This document shows positions 18,696 to 29,800 of a DNA stretch of 64,000 nucleotides, piece by piece; the first letter of the stretch is position 1, and the number at the start of each line of letters is the position of its first letter. Below the pieces are notes generated by a model that was not told the DNA's origin, did not search any database, and was given only the letters and a program-made list of their open reading frames with translations. A program made the translations under genes and the position numbers. Source of the DNA: a virus; the IMG/VR virus record IMGVR_UViG_3300044629_000431, positions 1-64,000 of that record; one strand, 5' to 3'.

Positions 18696-20486
18696 TTAGT
18701 TACAGTTCCAACGACGAAGTGCTTTGTTGATTCTTGAATCTGGATCTCTTGCAGTTTTTGCAGAAGTTAGTTTTGACTTCATCCCTTTCATACGACGACA
18801 GAAGTTGGCACGGCGCTTTGCTCTTTTTCCTTTTGGATTTTTTTCAGTTACTGCAGTTTGAAGTTTTGAACCTGGATTTTCACGACGATAAGCATCTACT
18901 GCTGCTTGACTCAATCCATCAGTTTTATCCTGACGATTAACTTTCTGCCAGTCTTCTCCGAGGTCATTTCTCCAGTTTGAAGATTCAACTAGTTCATACT
19001 CCATATCATAAGAATTCATTTGAAGACCTGCTTGTTTTAATTTTTCTTCTCTATTTTTTTTAATTTGTTGTGCAGCATTATAGGCTTGTTGGGCAAGATA
19101 AGCACCACCTGCAGCAATTCCCAAAGCAGCACCAGCAGCTATTGGATTTTCGTCAAGTTGTTTTAATTCTTCTCGCCAGTTAGATAAAGTTTCCTCCCTG
19201 ACGGAAAGTTTACTTCCCAATCCTTTAGAAGGTTGTAATGGTTCTGGTTTAATGACATCAATAAACTCAACATAATCATTACCAGTAGAATCTTGGACTA
19301 TAACAGACTCATCAACGTTATGCTCACCACTCTCTAAGTAATCTGCTGCAGTATCAATGTAATCTGCTGCTTTGGTAATTTTTGACTGAACCCAAGCTTC
19401 AATACTACCCTCACCCTTCATTTTTTTCTTCAGTCTTTTTGCTGCTGAAATGATGGTAGAAAGTTCTGAGCGAGCCATTGAATACTCATGATCCTTTTCT
19501 TCATTTGCAGGATGAGGTCTGTTTGGATCATACTTTATCTGATTTGAAGTCAATGCGGGAGGTCTTGAAAACATTTCCCAAAACTTTGGACCATACTTAC
19601 ATTCGTTTCTAGTTTCATCTTTTTGGCATTTTGGACAGTATCTAATCATCTCTACTGCTTCTGATTTCGTTCCCCAATTTGCAGCACCAACTTTACGGCA
19701 TTTGACAAGTGCTCCCGATGCATATGCACTTGGCCAAACGTCATATCTTGACTTAACTTTATGGTAGCAAGCATCTTTTTTACCGCTACCTTTACCTGGT
19801 TTGTCTTTTACTTCTTGGAGATCCATTTCTTCAGTTCTTACATTTGTTGGTTTAGCACCACCAGTTTTTTCTGGTTGATTTGGGTCTTGTCTATTTTTTC
19901 TTCTTCTTGCTTTCTCTTCTTCTTCAGGTGAAAGATTTGCTGACATTTTGGAACTTCCACATTTTGGTGTTGAAGTTTGTCCTGGTTGACGAGCACAGGG
20001 TTTTCCTGCCCACTTTCCGCCAAGTTGAACCCAACCTGATTTTCCATCAGAAGACTTTGATTTGTTAAACCAATCGTGAAGACCTTCATCTCCAGATTTG
20101 GTTTCTTCTTTTACATCTTTAAATTTTTTGTGATGCTTTTTAGCATCCGATTCCATCTTTTTTAAACGAGTATAATAATCAGGAATTTCGTCAAGATGCT
20201 GAAGAGCAATATCAGTTGCTAAATCCTTATCTCTTGTATGTTCATGCTCAATAGGAATTCCCATCTCTAGTTGCTTCTGAATGAAAGAAACTTCAAGACG
20301 ATGTTTCTTTGCAATCTGCTCAACTGTTTTATGGGACTTTACTTCGTGCATTTCATTGAATGGAGATCTGGACTTTGTTTTCTCACCTTTTTGTCTTTTT
20401 TTGCGAGCAGCACAATGAGCTTTTTGTGAGAATCCTTGTGGATTATCACAATCGATTGATCTTTTGTATTTGTCAGACCAACTCAT
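18696..20486 (-). CDS. Multi-module basic/acidic protein (596 aa), putative head-associated protein
   Basis: Chain of short modules separated by Glu-rich linkers; CTAAATA at 20510-20516. Confidence 0.7.
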   Translation of the reverse strand: MSWSDKYKRSIDCDNPQGFSQKAHCAARKKRQKGEKTKSRSPFNEMHEVKSHKTVEQIAKKHRLEVSFIQKQLEMGIPIEHEHTRDKDLATDIALQHLDEIPDYYTRLKKMESDAKKHHKKFKDVKEETKSGDEGLHDWFNKSKSSDGKSGWVQLGGKWAGKPCARQPGQTSTPKCGSSKMSANLSPEEEEKARRRKNRQDPNQPEKTGGAKPTNVRTEEMDLQEVKDKPGKGSGKKDACYHKVKSRYDVWPSAYASGALVKCRKVGAANWGTKSEAVEMIRYCPKCQKDETRNECKYGPKFWEMFSRPPALTSNQIKYDPNRPHPANEEKDHEYSMARSELSTIISAAKRLKKKMKGEGSIEAWVQSKITKAADYIDTAADYLESGEHNVDESVIVQDSTGNDYVEFIDVIKPEPLQPSKGLGSKLSVREETLSNWREELKQLDENPIAAGAALGIAAGGAYLAQQAYNAAQQIKKNREEKLKQAGLQMNSYDMEYELVESSNWRNDLGEDWQKVNRQDKTDGLSQAAVDAYRRENPGSKLQTAVTEKNPKGKRAKRRANFCRRMKGMKSKLTSAKTARDPDSRINKALRRWNCN

Positions 20487-20498
20487 TAAAATATTAAT

Positions 20499-20921
20499 TT
20501 ACTCTTTATTATTTAGAAAACCTTGTTTGAGCAGTTTTGATAGTTCTGATGTTGAACCGACAAATACTGCATTGTTGGTAACATTATTTGTTGTTTTTAC
20601 AGTATCTTCCTCAACATCTTTAAGTTTCTTTTGCAAATCAATTAATTTATCCGTTACATCACCAACACTTTTAATTAACTGCCCAGCAACCTCATATGCT
20701 CTTGGAGAATCTGATTCTCCAGCGAGTTCCATAATTCCATTAATTGCTTCTTGACCTTTTTCTATAAGAGAATATAAGTTTGCGCGAGTGTATTCATAAT
20801 CTTTTTTAATATCATTTTGATTGGAATTTGTTGATTGAATTATTTCAGAGTTAGTAGGTTCGACTTGAACAATACTACTCTCAACGTTTAGAGCTTTATC
20901 AATGCTATCAAAGTTTGGCAT
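20499..20921 (-). CDS. g16: Terminase small subunit gp16
   Basis: DYEYTRANLY, SPRAYEV and FVGSTSEL motifs. Confidence 0.93.
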   Translation of the reverse strand: MPNFDSIDKALNVESSIVQVEPTNSEIIQSTNSNQNDIKKDYEYTRANLYSLIEKGQEAINGIMELAGESDSPRAYEVAGQLIKSVGDVTDKLIDLQKKLKDVEEDTVKTTNNVTNNAVFVGSTSELSKLLKQGFLNNKE

Positions 20922-20931
20922 AACTTAAAAA

Positions 20932-21978
20932 TTAAATGTCTAGTTTTCTTGTTGGACTATATTCTTTAGAGTCTCCCAGATATGTCCAACTTTCGTTGAA
21001 ACCAAAATCATCGTCCGCTTCAACTAAAGCATCATCCACAGCAGTCAAACGATTAACGATTGCACCCGTTAAATGGGATGCTGAGTTTGTATTATTATAT
21101 CCTCTTTGAACATTTAGTGTATCTGCATCAACAATTCCAGTCACCAACATGATTTCACTGCCAACGATAATTCTATCGTTTACACTGAATGATGAAGTAT
21201 TGCTAACTTGTAATATCAGAGATGCACTATTTACATCATCATTCAAGTATGCAGAATTATCATTATTATAATCTTGCTTCGCTTGAGGTGTAACTACATA
21301 TCTCATCTCACGTCTTGCATTTCTAACATCAGTATTACTGAAAAGATCAACTTGAACTTTCTTAATGAGACCTTCGCTGCTTTCTGCAATAGGACCAAAC
21401 ATATAAGTCTTTGCTGTAAATTGCAAAGTATAAATTAATGCTCTTCTAGTTGAAAAGTCTCCTTCGTAATCATCTTGGAAGTTGATACTATCAAGAGTAA
21501 TAGGAATATCTCGCTTTTCACCAATAGCATCTACAAGATCAATAGTGATATTGAATGCTGGTTGAAAATATGGTAAAATCTGCTCTACAATCTGTAAAGC
21601 ATCATCATTTAACTTGCAAAGAATGCTCAGTTCGAATCCAATATTATATGGAACTGGCATAAAAACTTTTTTTACAGTTCCGTTATCACATGCTTTGAAG
21701 GTTTGAGTAATACTTGTTTTTCTTGTTGGGTCATATGAAATTGAAACCATTTCAAAAGACATTCTTGGCAATGTAATTTGAATTGGTTTATTAAGTTCGG
21801 ATTGTTGCCTTAACCTTGCTAAAAACTTTTGTGCAGGTCCATATGCCAAAGGAACTCTCATATCACTGATACTATTACCAGACTCATCTTTGTGGCGAAT
21901 ATGAATCTGATTAAAAATTGTACCAAAAGATATAATTGTCTTTCGTATTATTTCGTGATAATAATAAGTTCCTAACAT
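20932..21978 (-). CDS. g15: Tail sheath stabilizer / tail terminator gp15 with C-terminal extension
   Basis: VPLAYGP, LPRMSFE, PVPYNI and QIVEQILPYFQP motifs. Confidence 0.93.
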   Translation of the reverse strand: MLGTYYYHEIIRKTIISFGTIFNQIHIRHKDESGNSISDMRVPLAYGPAQKFLARLRQQSELNKPIQITLPRMSFEMVSISYDPTRKTSITQTFKACDNGTVKKVFMPVPYNIGFELSILCKLNDDALQIVEQILPYFQPAFNITIDLVDAIGEKRDIPITLDSINFQDDYEGDFSTRRALIYTLQFTAKTYMFGPIAESSEGLIKKVQVDLFSNTDVRNARREMRYVVTPQAKQDYNNDNSAYLNDDVNSASLILQVSNTSSFSVNDRIIVGSEIMLVTGIVDADTLNVQRGYNNTNSASHLTGAIVNRLTAVDDALVEADDDFGFNESWTYLGDSKEYSPTRKLDI

Positions 21979-23405
21979 TAAAACGTACCAAATGGATTTG
22001 ATTCTGAGAAATCAACAATAAGATCTGCTTCTTCTTCGATTTCGTCATTTTGACTATATTTATCATATAGATCCATTCTGTCATATGACTGAACAGAATA
22101 CAACGCTCCTGACTCAGTTCCAATAATTATTTCTCCAGGATAGAATACGGGTGTTGTGTTACCAATTCCAGCATTTGAAATTTTAAGTATCTTTGTATCC
22201 TTGTCCCAACTCTTAACTCTGGCTCGGGTTTGAGAGCGTGATCCTCTAACAACCTCATTGAACGCATATGTTCCAAATCCAGTAATAGTTTCTGGATTTG
22301 AAATAGTTACCGTTGGGTTTTGAGTATATCCAATTCCTGGATTGGATACATAAATGAATCTTACTTGAGAATCTGAACCAACTAGTCCAATAGAAGAAAT
22401 TCCTACTGCTGTTTGTCCTATGCCTATAACACCAGGGGCAGAGACTGTCACTGTCGGAGCAGTTCCATATCCAATTCCACCATCAGTTACAACAAATCTA
22501 ATTATTCCATTATAGTTTGTTTCAACAGAACACGTTGCTGCCGCTCCAGTTCCACCTCCACCAGAAATTGTTATAATAGGCGGAACAGTATATCCGATTC
22601 CAGCGTGAGTTAAAAGAATACTTTCAACTGAATATACACCAGCTCTATTTGTTGTAATTGCAACTGCCTTAGCATCATTATTTGGATTAAGTGTAGGAGA
22701 TGATGAAATTGCAACTACGGGGGTAGATGTATATCCACTTCCATCATTGTTTAAAAATATTTGTCTAATATATCCAGTATCTACGAGAGCAGTTGCAGTT
22801 GCAGTTTCTCCAACTCCAACCAAACGTAAAGTTGTAATATAACCCTCTTCTTCAACTTGTCTGTCAACCTCATCAATAGAAGTATCCAGAATTTCATCTT
22901 CATACTCAAAGAGTTCACACTTTAGTTCATAAACATATGTTTTACCTAATTGATAAAATGGTTGCTCATGCTCTACAAATTTTACTTCAAAAATTCTTTG
23001 ACCTAGTGGAAAATATACAAGATCTCCTTCTCTTGGGCGTGTTGACACTTCAATAGGAGAAGTTTCTGTTCCAGTGTCTAATGCACCCAAAAATGGTGCG
23101 ATAAAGTCTTCAAATCTTTCTTTTGAGATTGTAATTAATAACTCATCTCTAAGACTCATTCCAAACTTTGTTAAAATATCTCCAGCGCCAGAGTATCCAT
23201 CATAAGTGTTTACATATGCTTCAATTGCAAAGTTATCATCAAAAGCAGATGACTGAATTTCTTGAATGATAGTTTGCTTTCTTACAAATTTTCTTGGTAT
23301 GTAAATAACTTCCACACCATACATTCTCATCTGTTCGTTTACTAAGTCTTGTAGTAAACGTTGTTCGCTTGCAGTTCCTTGTAAGAAAAAAGGATTAAGT
23401 GCCAT
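21978..23405 (-). CDS. g14: Neck protein gp14 with inserted G.GY repeat domains
   Basis: RPREGDLVYFP, FYQLGK.YVYEL.CELFEY and a C-terminal DFSESNPFG. Confidence 0.92.
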   Translation of the reverse strand: MALNPFFLQGTASEQRLLQDLVNEQMRMYGVEVIYIPRKFVRKQTIIQEIQSSAFDDNFAIEAYVNTYDGYSGAGDILTKFGMSLRDELLITISKERFEDFIAPFLGALDTGTETSPIEVSTRPREGDLVYFPLGQRIFEVKFVEHEQPFYQLGKTYVYELKCELFEYEDEILDTSIDEVDRQVEEEGYITTLRLVGVGETATATALVDTGYIRQIFLNNDGSGYTSTPVVAISSSPTLNPNNDAKAVAITTNRAGVYSVESILLTHAGIGYTVPPIITISGGGGTGAAATCSVETNYNGIIRFVVTDGGIGYGTAPTVTVSAPGVIGIGQTAVGISSIGLVGSDSQVRFIYVSNPGIGYTQNPTVTISNPETITGFGTYAFNEVVRGSRSQTRARVKSWDKDTKILKISNAGIGNTTPVFYPGEIIIGTESGALYSVQSYDRMDLYDKYSQNDEIEEEADLIVDFSESNPFGTF

Positions 23406-24271
23406 TATCCAATAAAGTCGTATGGTGGGAGCTCGTATTCCAGAGCCATATCTCTCTTAATTTGTTCTAGTTCTCTTTCAGCATCTTCATATATTTCTCT
23501 ACCATTAAACTCAATTCCACCAGGAAGTTTTACTCCCCTAAACTTAATTAAATTCTGACCCCATTGGCGTTTGATAAGTGCTGTTAAATATTTTTTGACA
23601 AAACTGTCATTGTAAATTTTACTAAAATCTTGTGGGTCTAGTGCTCTATAACAATCTATAACTATAAAGTTACCAGCGGATTGCGCTCCCCATTCAATGT
23701 CCAAATACAGTCTATTTTGTCTCTTATTAAAACGAACTTGTTTATCTGTAGTTAATAAAAAGTCAATATCTGCTAGATATGATTTAACCATTGAATATTG
23801 TAAAAGTTCAACGGAGTTAAAATAATATAAGTCGTTTAAAAATAACTGATATTTGATACTAAACATTCCTCCAGAAATAGAACTAGTATCAAATTTAAAA
23901 ACGTTTTCAATACCTATTACCGAATCTGGTACTTGTATAAAGTTTGATGTTTCGTAAAAGGTTGAAGTTACTACGCCACTGCCACTATTGGTAGAAGTTC
24001 CTCTAGTTGTTACAATACCAACTCCCGTGGTTGAAACACCCACAGATCCTACTGATGTAAGACCTCTACCTCTAGCAATATCATCCTGAGTAATTTTGTA
24101 CTTCAGATACATTCTTTCAACACCATCGTAGTGGCGTTCATTGAAGTACTGAATGGCATCATCAACTAAATCATCTATTTGGTCATCATCAACGTTAATC
24201 TCCAATACAGGAGCTCCTAGGCGTCTTAGACAGTAATCAATGAGTTCTTGTCTAGTTGATGGTTTTGCCAT
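23405..24271 (-). CDS. g13: Neck protein gp13
   Basis: YCLRRLGAPVLEINV and KRQWGQNLIKF.GVKLPGG motifs. Confidence 0.95.
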   Translation of the reverse strand: MAKPSTRQELIDYCLRRLGAPVLEINVDDDQIDDLVDDAIQYFNERHYDGVERMYLKYKITQDDIARGRGLTSVGSVGVSTTGVGIVTTRGTSTNSGSGVVTSTFYETSNFIQVPDSVIGIENVFKFDTSSISGGMFSIKYQLFLNDLYYFNSVELLQYSMVKSYLADIDFLLTTDKQVRFNKRQNRLYLDIEWGAQSAGNFIVIDCYRALDPQDFSKIYNDSFVKKYLTALIKRQWGQNLIKFRGVKLPGGIEFNGREIYEDAERELEQIKRDMALEYELPPYDFIG

Positions 24272-24277
24272 TTCTTT

Positions 24278-24490
24278 TTACTCTTCAGACTTTTTTGACT
24301 TTTTCAATTCATCATATTTATTTTGTAGTTCAAGATTTGCTGCCAAAAGTTCATTTTTTTCTTGAGCAAAATCATCAACCAAAGTCTGCAATTTTGCTTC
24401 TAATAAAACATTTTGATTTGTAAGTGTTGCTAATTTTTGATTATATAAACGCATTAAAACATTTACATCAACTTCACTGTCTCTAGTCAT
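24278..24490 (-). CDS. Small coiled-coil protein
   Basis: 70-aa heptad-rich ORF within the operon. Confidence 0.65.
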   Translation of the reverse strand: MTRDSEVDVNVLMRLYNQKLATLTNQNVLLEAKLQTLVDDFAQEKNELLAANLELQNKYDELKKSKKSEE

Positions 24491-24493
24491 ATT

Positions 24494-26191
24494 TTAAAAA
24501 GTTCCTCCATCTAAGGTTGAAGTCCAGTGTGGTAAATTAGTATGTATACCAACTACAGAAGTTGGAATTATTAATAGATCTTGAATGGAACCATTATTTC
24601 CTTCTCTTCTTAAGTTGTAGGTATTTGTGAAGGTTCCTTCAACACCAGTCAAAATAAGAGTGGAAACTGTTCCACCAACTTTAACTACACCATAAGCATT
24701 TGAACTATCTTGTTTGATAATATCACCAACCGAAACAGTAACTGAACTACCTAAAAGTAGGTTAACTTCACTAACTGCAGTCAAAATCTGCTTAGATGTA
24801 ATTGTTGGAGAGTTTGGATTATTTGTAGAAGTTTGTAATCCATTCTCATCGAAGTATACAACTCCGTGAGTATTGAAATCTCCAGTTTGATAGAAGATAC
24901 CCTTGATATCAAGGAAACCTCTGGTTCCAGTAACTACACTATTTGTGATAGTTGCATCTGGAATGTAAGTCCAGGATCTTATTGAAGCGGCACTTCCTAC
25001 ATTGGTTCCATCAATATAACCGAAGAAACCAGTTTTGTTGTTTGCAGTTCCAGTGCTTGTATTGTAGTTAAAACCAACACCACGATCTGTATTTGTATCA
25101 AATGCGTGAGTAATTGTTAATTGTGATGTTGTTGAAATACCACCAATAACTGCATTAGTTAATGTGATAATTTTATTTGTTGTGTCATACGCAGTAACGG
25201 TATTGACACCAGATAGTGACAGAGAAGCATTACCACTAACAACATCACCAGTGTTGATGCCAACAACAGAATCTAATCTGATTGTGCTTACACCAGTAAC
25301 AACCGTGGTCATTACCGTTCTTACACTTGTTACATCACCAAGAATAATGATAGGATCATTAAGATCAACAGTTGTAGAATTTACAGATGTTGTAGTACCA
25401 TCAACTTGAAGATTTCCTTTAACAACAACTGTACCTTCATTGCTCAGTCCACCGGGGAATGGATCAATATAGAGAGTATCTGAAGAAATTGTGGATATTA
25501 CATTATTCTCTATTCTAATATCATCAAATAATGCATTTCCACCTATTACAACGTTTCCACCAACGTTTAAATTCTTTTCAATACCAACTCCACCTTCTAC
25601 TACCAGAGCACCAGTATCTTTGTTGGTTGATTCTGTAACATCGCCAATTTTAATTGCTACGCCATTTTCAAAGTACCAGTCGGCACCTTCAATTTCAAAT
25701 CTATCATCAGTTGCTTCATCGTAGCGCATTGCTACGTCTCTATCATCACCAAAACTTAGATAAGTATTGTCTGGTATACGAACACTACCAATACCAGTTG
25801 GGTCAATAATAATATCACCATCAGTATTTGTTGATGATAAAGTATTGGCGTCTAATCTAAGATTATCTACGTTCCACTGATCTACTTTTAATGAACTAGA
25901 ACTATCGCTTGTGTTGGTTGCTGGAGCCAGAACCGCAACTACACCATTGTCACTATTTCTTGTGTTGGATACGCCAGCAATAGTTCCTGGCTGGTGCTCC
26001 ATCATAGATGTGTAATAGTAACCACCAACTGGATTTACGTTACTACCATCGTCACCAACAAAGATTCTATCTTTATATTGATTGATACCACCGTAACTTC
26101 CAATACCTGTTACGTATGCTAATTCACCCCAGTTTAGACTAGAAGGTTTGTTAGTACCTGAGGATCTTTTGATCCTGATAATACTTGCCAT
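24494..26191 (-). CDS. Tail fibre-like / virion structural protein
   Basis: N-terminal IRIKRS...GELAY, a GALVVEGGVGIEKNL repeat motif and a C-terminal DGGTF. Confidence 0.7.
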   Translation of the reverse strand: MASIIRIKRSSGTNKPSSLNWGELAYVTGIGSYGGINQYKDRIFVGDDGSNVNPVGGYYYTSMMEHQPGTIAGVSNTRNSDNGVVAVLAPATNTSDSSSSLKVDQWNVDNLRLDANTLSSTNTDGDIIIDPTGIGSVRIPDNTYLSFGDDRDVAMRYDEATDDRFEIEGADWYFENGVAIKIGDVTESTNKDTGALVVEGGVGIEKNLNVGGNVVIGGNALFDDIRIENNVISTISSDTLYIDPFPGGLSNEGTVVVKGNLQVDGTTTSVNSTTVDLNDPIIILGDVTSVRTVMTTVVTGVSTIRLDSVVGINTGDVVSGNASLSLSGVNTVTAYDTTNKIITLTNAVIGGISTTSQLTITHAFDTNTDRGVGFNYNTSTGTANNKTGFFGYIDGTNVGSAASIRSWTYIPDATITNSVVTGTRGFLDIKGIFYQTGDFNTHGVVYFDENGLQTSTNNPNSPTITSKQILTAVSEVNLLLGSSVTVSVGDIIKQDSSNAYGVVKVGGTVSTLILTGVEGTFTNTYNLRREGNNGSIQDLLIIPTSVVGIHTNLPHWTSTLDGGTF

Positions 26192-26192
26192 T

Positions 26193-26420
26193 TTAGAAAT
26201 TTCCCCCGTTGATGTCTAAATTCTGTGTTGCCCCTGGAGTTAGGGTTAATGTTGCATCCCATTTTTTAGTTGAGCCATTATATACCAACACCATACCATC
26301 TAATAAGTTAGTGGCATTAACATCAATAAGTTCAGACAAAGACAGACCTTGAGCACCAGCGAGTGAAGATATTACTTTTACCGCAGGTTGTTGCCCTACT
26401 CTGACCTTAATTTCTGCCAT
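26193..26420 (-). CDS. Small virion structural protein
   Basis: LSELIDV...DGMVLVYNGS..KW and INGGNF motifs; TATAAATA at 26447-26454. Confidence 0.65.
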   Translation of the reverse strand: MAEIKVRVGQQPAVKVISSLAGAQGLSLSELIDVNATNLLDGMVLVYNGSTKKWDATLTLTPGATQNLDINGGNF

Positions 26421-26455
26421 TTATAAACAGTTCAGGATCTAAAATATATTTATAC

Positions 26456-26641
26456 TTACTCAATCCCAATGTTTCCCAATGAACTAATAACCTCTTGTTG
26501 TTTCAAATAGAGTTTATAATAAGATTTAGCAATATTTTTTAATTCGTCAATATCAGTGATCGAATCAATTTCAGATGCATACTTAAAGTATTCAAATGAC
26601 TTACTCAAGTTTTCTAAATTAATTTTGTCTGGATCCATCAA
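26456..26641 (-). CDS. Hypothetical protein
   Basis: 61-aa ORF within the operon. Confidence 0.6.
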   Translation of the reverse strand: MMDPDKINLENLSKSFEYFKYASEIDSITDIDELKNIAKSYYKLYLKQQEVISSLGNIGIE

Positions 26642-26825
26642 TAAGCTCCCTCAATAAATTTTTAATTTCAGAGATATCTTCTTTAATCTTTTCAATCTCT
26701 TCACGTTGCTTCTTTTTTTCACCTTTCATTTTAAGATATTGTGAATATCCGAAGGTATCGCAATTTACAATTGCACCACTATTTTCATCTCTGTAAAGAT
26801 TTTTTTCTCCTTCTACGGGTATCAT
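26619..26825 (-). CDS. Hypothetical protein (L.RD..SGAIVN family)
   Basis: 68-aa ORF directly after the large virion gene. Confidence 0.65.
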   Translation of the reverse strand: MIPVEGEKNLYRDENSGAIVNCDTFGYSQYLKMKGEKKKQREEIEKIKEDISEIKNLLRELIDGSRQN

Positions 26826-26826
26826 A

Positions 26827-29800
26827 TTATGCTAAGGCAATAACTCTGAGATCTTTAAACTCTGGAGCATTTGATTCGTTAGTAGAACTCATAACAATTT
26901 TAATAGCAAATCCTGTAAATGGATCCAAGTTATCAACACTAAATTGATATTCTAAGAATTCTCCAGCATTGCTTGCTCTTACAAATGCATCAGGTCTACC
27001 ACTATTTCTTGAAGGATCGATGATAACATCACCAAATCCATCACCATCAGTATCTCTAAGATTGTCATAACCAGGGAAAAGAACGAATGATTGCTCAATG
27101 CCACTAGAATCTGGTCTGAACAATTGATAGAGAACTCTAAAGTCTGATCCAGATGGTCTATAAGCACCAACTAAAACTTTAAGTGAAGATGCTGCTTGCT
27201 GCAAATCAACTCTGTTAGAAATATAAACGGAACTGTGAGGATCTCCAGTAATATTATTGGACCTTCCATCAAGTGCATAATCGCTAACAGGATTGTTAAC
27301 TCTATTGCGTCCCAGAATCATATATGCATTTTGTATGTCAAGGACTGGCGAAAGATTTTGATCTTCCGTGCTCATATTTACTCTCAGAGTAAATGACTTA
27401 TTCTTTGGTAAAGATGTAAGTCTTGTCGTTTCATTTTGCTGGGAACAAACAAGTCTTGGATCTGATAAGAAGTTCATCTTATTAAGTTGAACACTTTCAT
27501 ATCCCTTATCTGCAAATGAAACTTCAGTTCCACCAGAACTTGTTCCAGTTACTGTTCTTATTTGAGCATTGACTGTAGTATTTTTTCCAGGAGTAATTGC
27601 GTTGATATATGGTTCAACAGTATTAAACTGATAATTTTGGGATGCTGATACTACTTTTCCACCAACGACTTTCTCATCGGTAAAGCTTACTTGAGAGTTT
27701 CCAGTTTCTCTCTGACCACGACCAATTTGTAAGTGATAAGTATCCAATCCTCTTAGAGATTTTAATGTGCTGTTTGAAGGTAAGGTATGAGTTGTGTTGA
27801 TATTAGTTAAAGAAATACCATTTAATTCATACTTATAAACAACATCTCCAGAGACGTGATTTGTAATAGAAGTTCCATCAACTCCTCTTGTAGAAATTCC
27901 AAGAGAACCAGCACCACCAGAACCAGCAGTGATGGAAGTATAATACATTATTTCATTATTAACTTTGAGATATCCTCTAGAAGTGCTAATACCTTCAAAC
28001 TGAGCAAATACACTTGTATTTGCGATTGATATTGAAGTTGAGTTGATATCAACATTTGCAGTTAGTTGTACAGGTATTGTGTCTGGAGCAACATTTTTAA
28101 TCTGAACAACGTTGTTGTCAGAATGCATTCCATGGTTAAACTGTTTTACCTGAAGTATGTTTCCAGAATAAAGAGGACTAATTTCTGATGAAGATCCTCT
28201 AATAGTTGTACTTGCAGTTGCAACGGCAGTTGTTCCATCATAATAAATGAGTGGTTGACCGTTGGTAAATGATTCACCTTGAACGTTAGTTAGATACAGA
28301 GTATCAATACCATTGATTGAGGAAACTGAAATTCTTGCTCCAGTTCCTTTTACTACACTACTTGTGGTAATTCCAAGAACATCTCCAACTGCATATCCAT
28401 TACCAATATTTGTAATACTTACAGAACTTACAGATCCAGAACTTGTAATGTTAACAGTTCCAGTTGCTCCAGATCCAGATCCTGTAATGTTGTAGAATGG
28501 AACATTACTATAAGTTCCACCAGACGAACCACCAGAATATCCAATACCAGTGTTGGCAACAGATACTGAAACAATGCTTCCACCTGTGCTTTCAACATAA
28601 CCATATGAACCTGGAGAAGAAACAGAGCCATTGCTTACTTTTTTACCAGATGTTAAAATGGAATTCATTGTTGTAGTTGTTACAATTCCAACTTTTAACT
28701 TTCTTGGATAAGTTACGATAGAGTTGTCGCCCAGATAAGGTATCGCTGATGATTCTGGAACTAAAGGTGGATTGTAGAAGACTGCTGTTCCTTGATTAGA
28801 AGTGAACTTTGCCTTATAAAGTTTGAATTTCAAGTCTTCAAACTGGCTTGCTGTCCAAATAGTTCCATTCTGAGACTTAAATAGACTTCCACCACCATAC
28901 TGTTTGGTTACGACAACACTTTCAGCGGATGGTAACGTTGCAGTTCCAACTGTCTTTTGACCCATTTGGGCAATCCACATTTTATACTTATCTGTAGTTG
29001 GTGCTAAGAATACCAACGCATATTCAGTATTTGGTTGGAGATAAACTGGCGATGGGAATGTAATATTTGTTTTTACAGATGCATCAGATGAAACATTAAT
29101 TTGACTTGGTTCTAATGCAACTCTTGCATAATCTGCAACAATTTGACTTGTTGGGGTGCCAAGTTCTACAGTTCTAAGTTCAACAAATAATCTTTCATTT
29201 GGATCTTTTTCAGCAAAATAAACATCAACAGAAGTTAAGAATGCTCCGGTTTCATCAACTGTAAATGACTGTGCAAGTGGATCCTTTCCGCCTCCTCTAG
29301 CTGGAGGTGGTGGTGGCGGTGGGGGTGGATTTCTAACTTGAATAATATTTGTAATTTGTGTTTGAATTATGCCAGTTCCACTGTATGTTGTCTGTGCAGA
29401 TGAGATAGATGCACTGTCACCTGGCAGCGGTCTAACGTTCTCAGCATTTTGGTTAAGTTTAAACAGTCTATCACCAGTTTTAATTCTAACTAAAGGAACT
29501 GGAGAAGCATTTGGATCTCTTATGAAGAAGCAACCAATCAAATCACCAAAAGTATCAGTTACTAATCTGATATTGGATATAGTTGCTACAGCACCGCTTG
29601 AAGTTCCAACAAGTCTTGCTCCAACTTGAACATAACCACCAAAACGAGTTATTGATTCATCTGCTAAAGAGAATGTATCAATGTTTAATACTGTAGAAGA
29701 TGCTGAATATGCTGCTGGTAAAGATTGATCTCTATTATATGGGTTTGCATTATATTCATTAGTTGGATTATTGTAAGGACCTGCCTTATGAGTTGGTTTT

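Noticed and set aside
29302-29328. GGT/GGG low-complexity tract
   Set aside because: It encodes the in-frame poly-Pro linker of the large virion protein.
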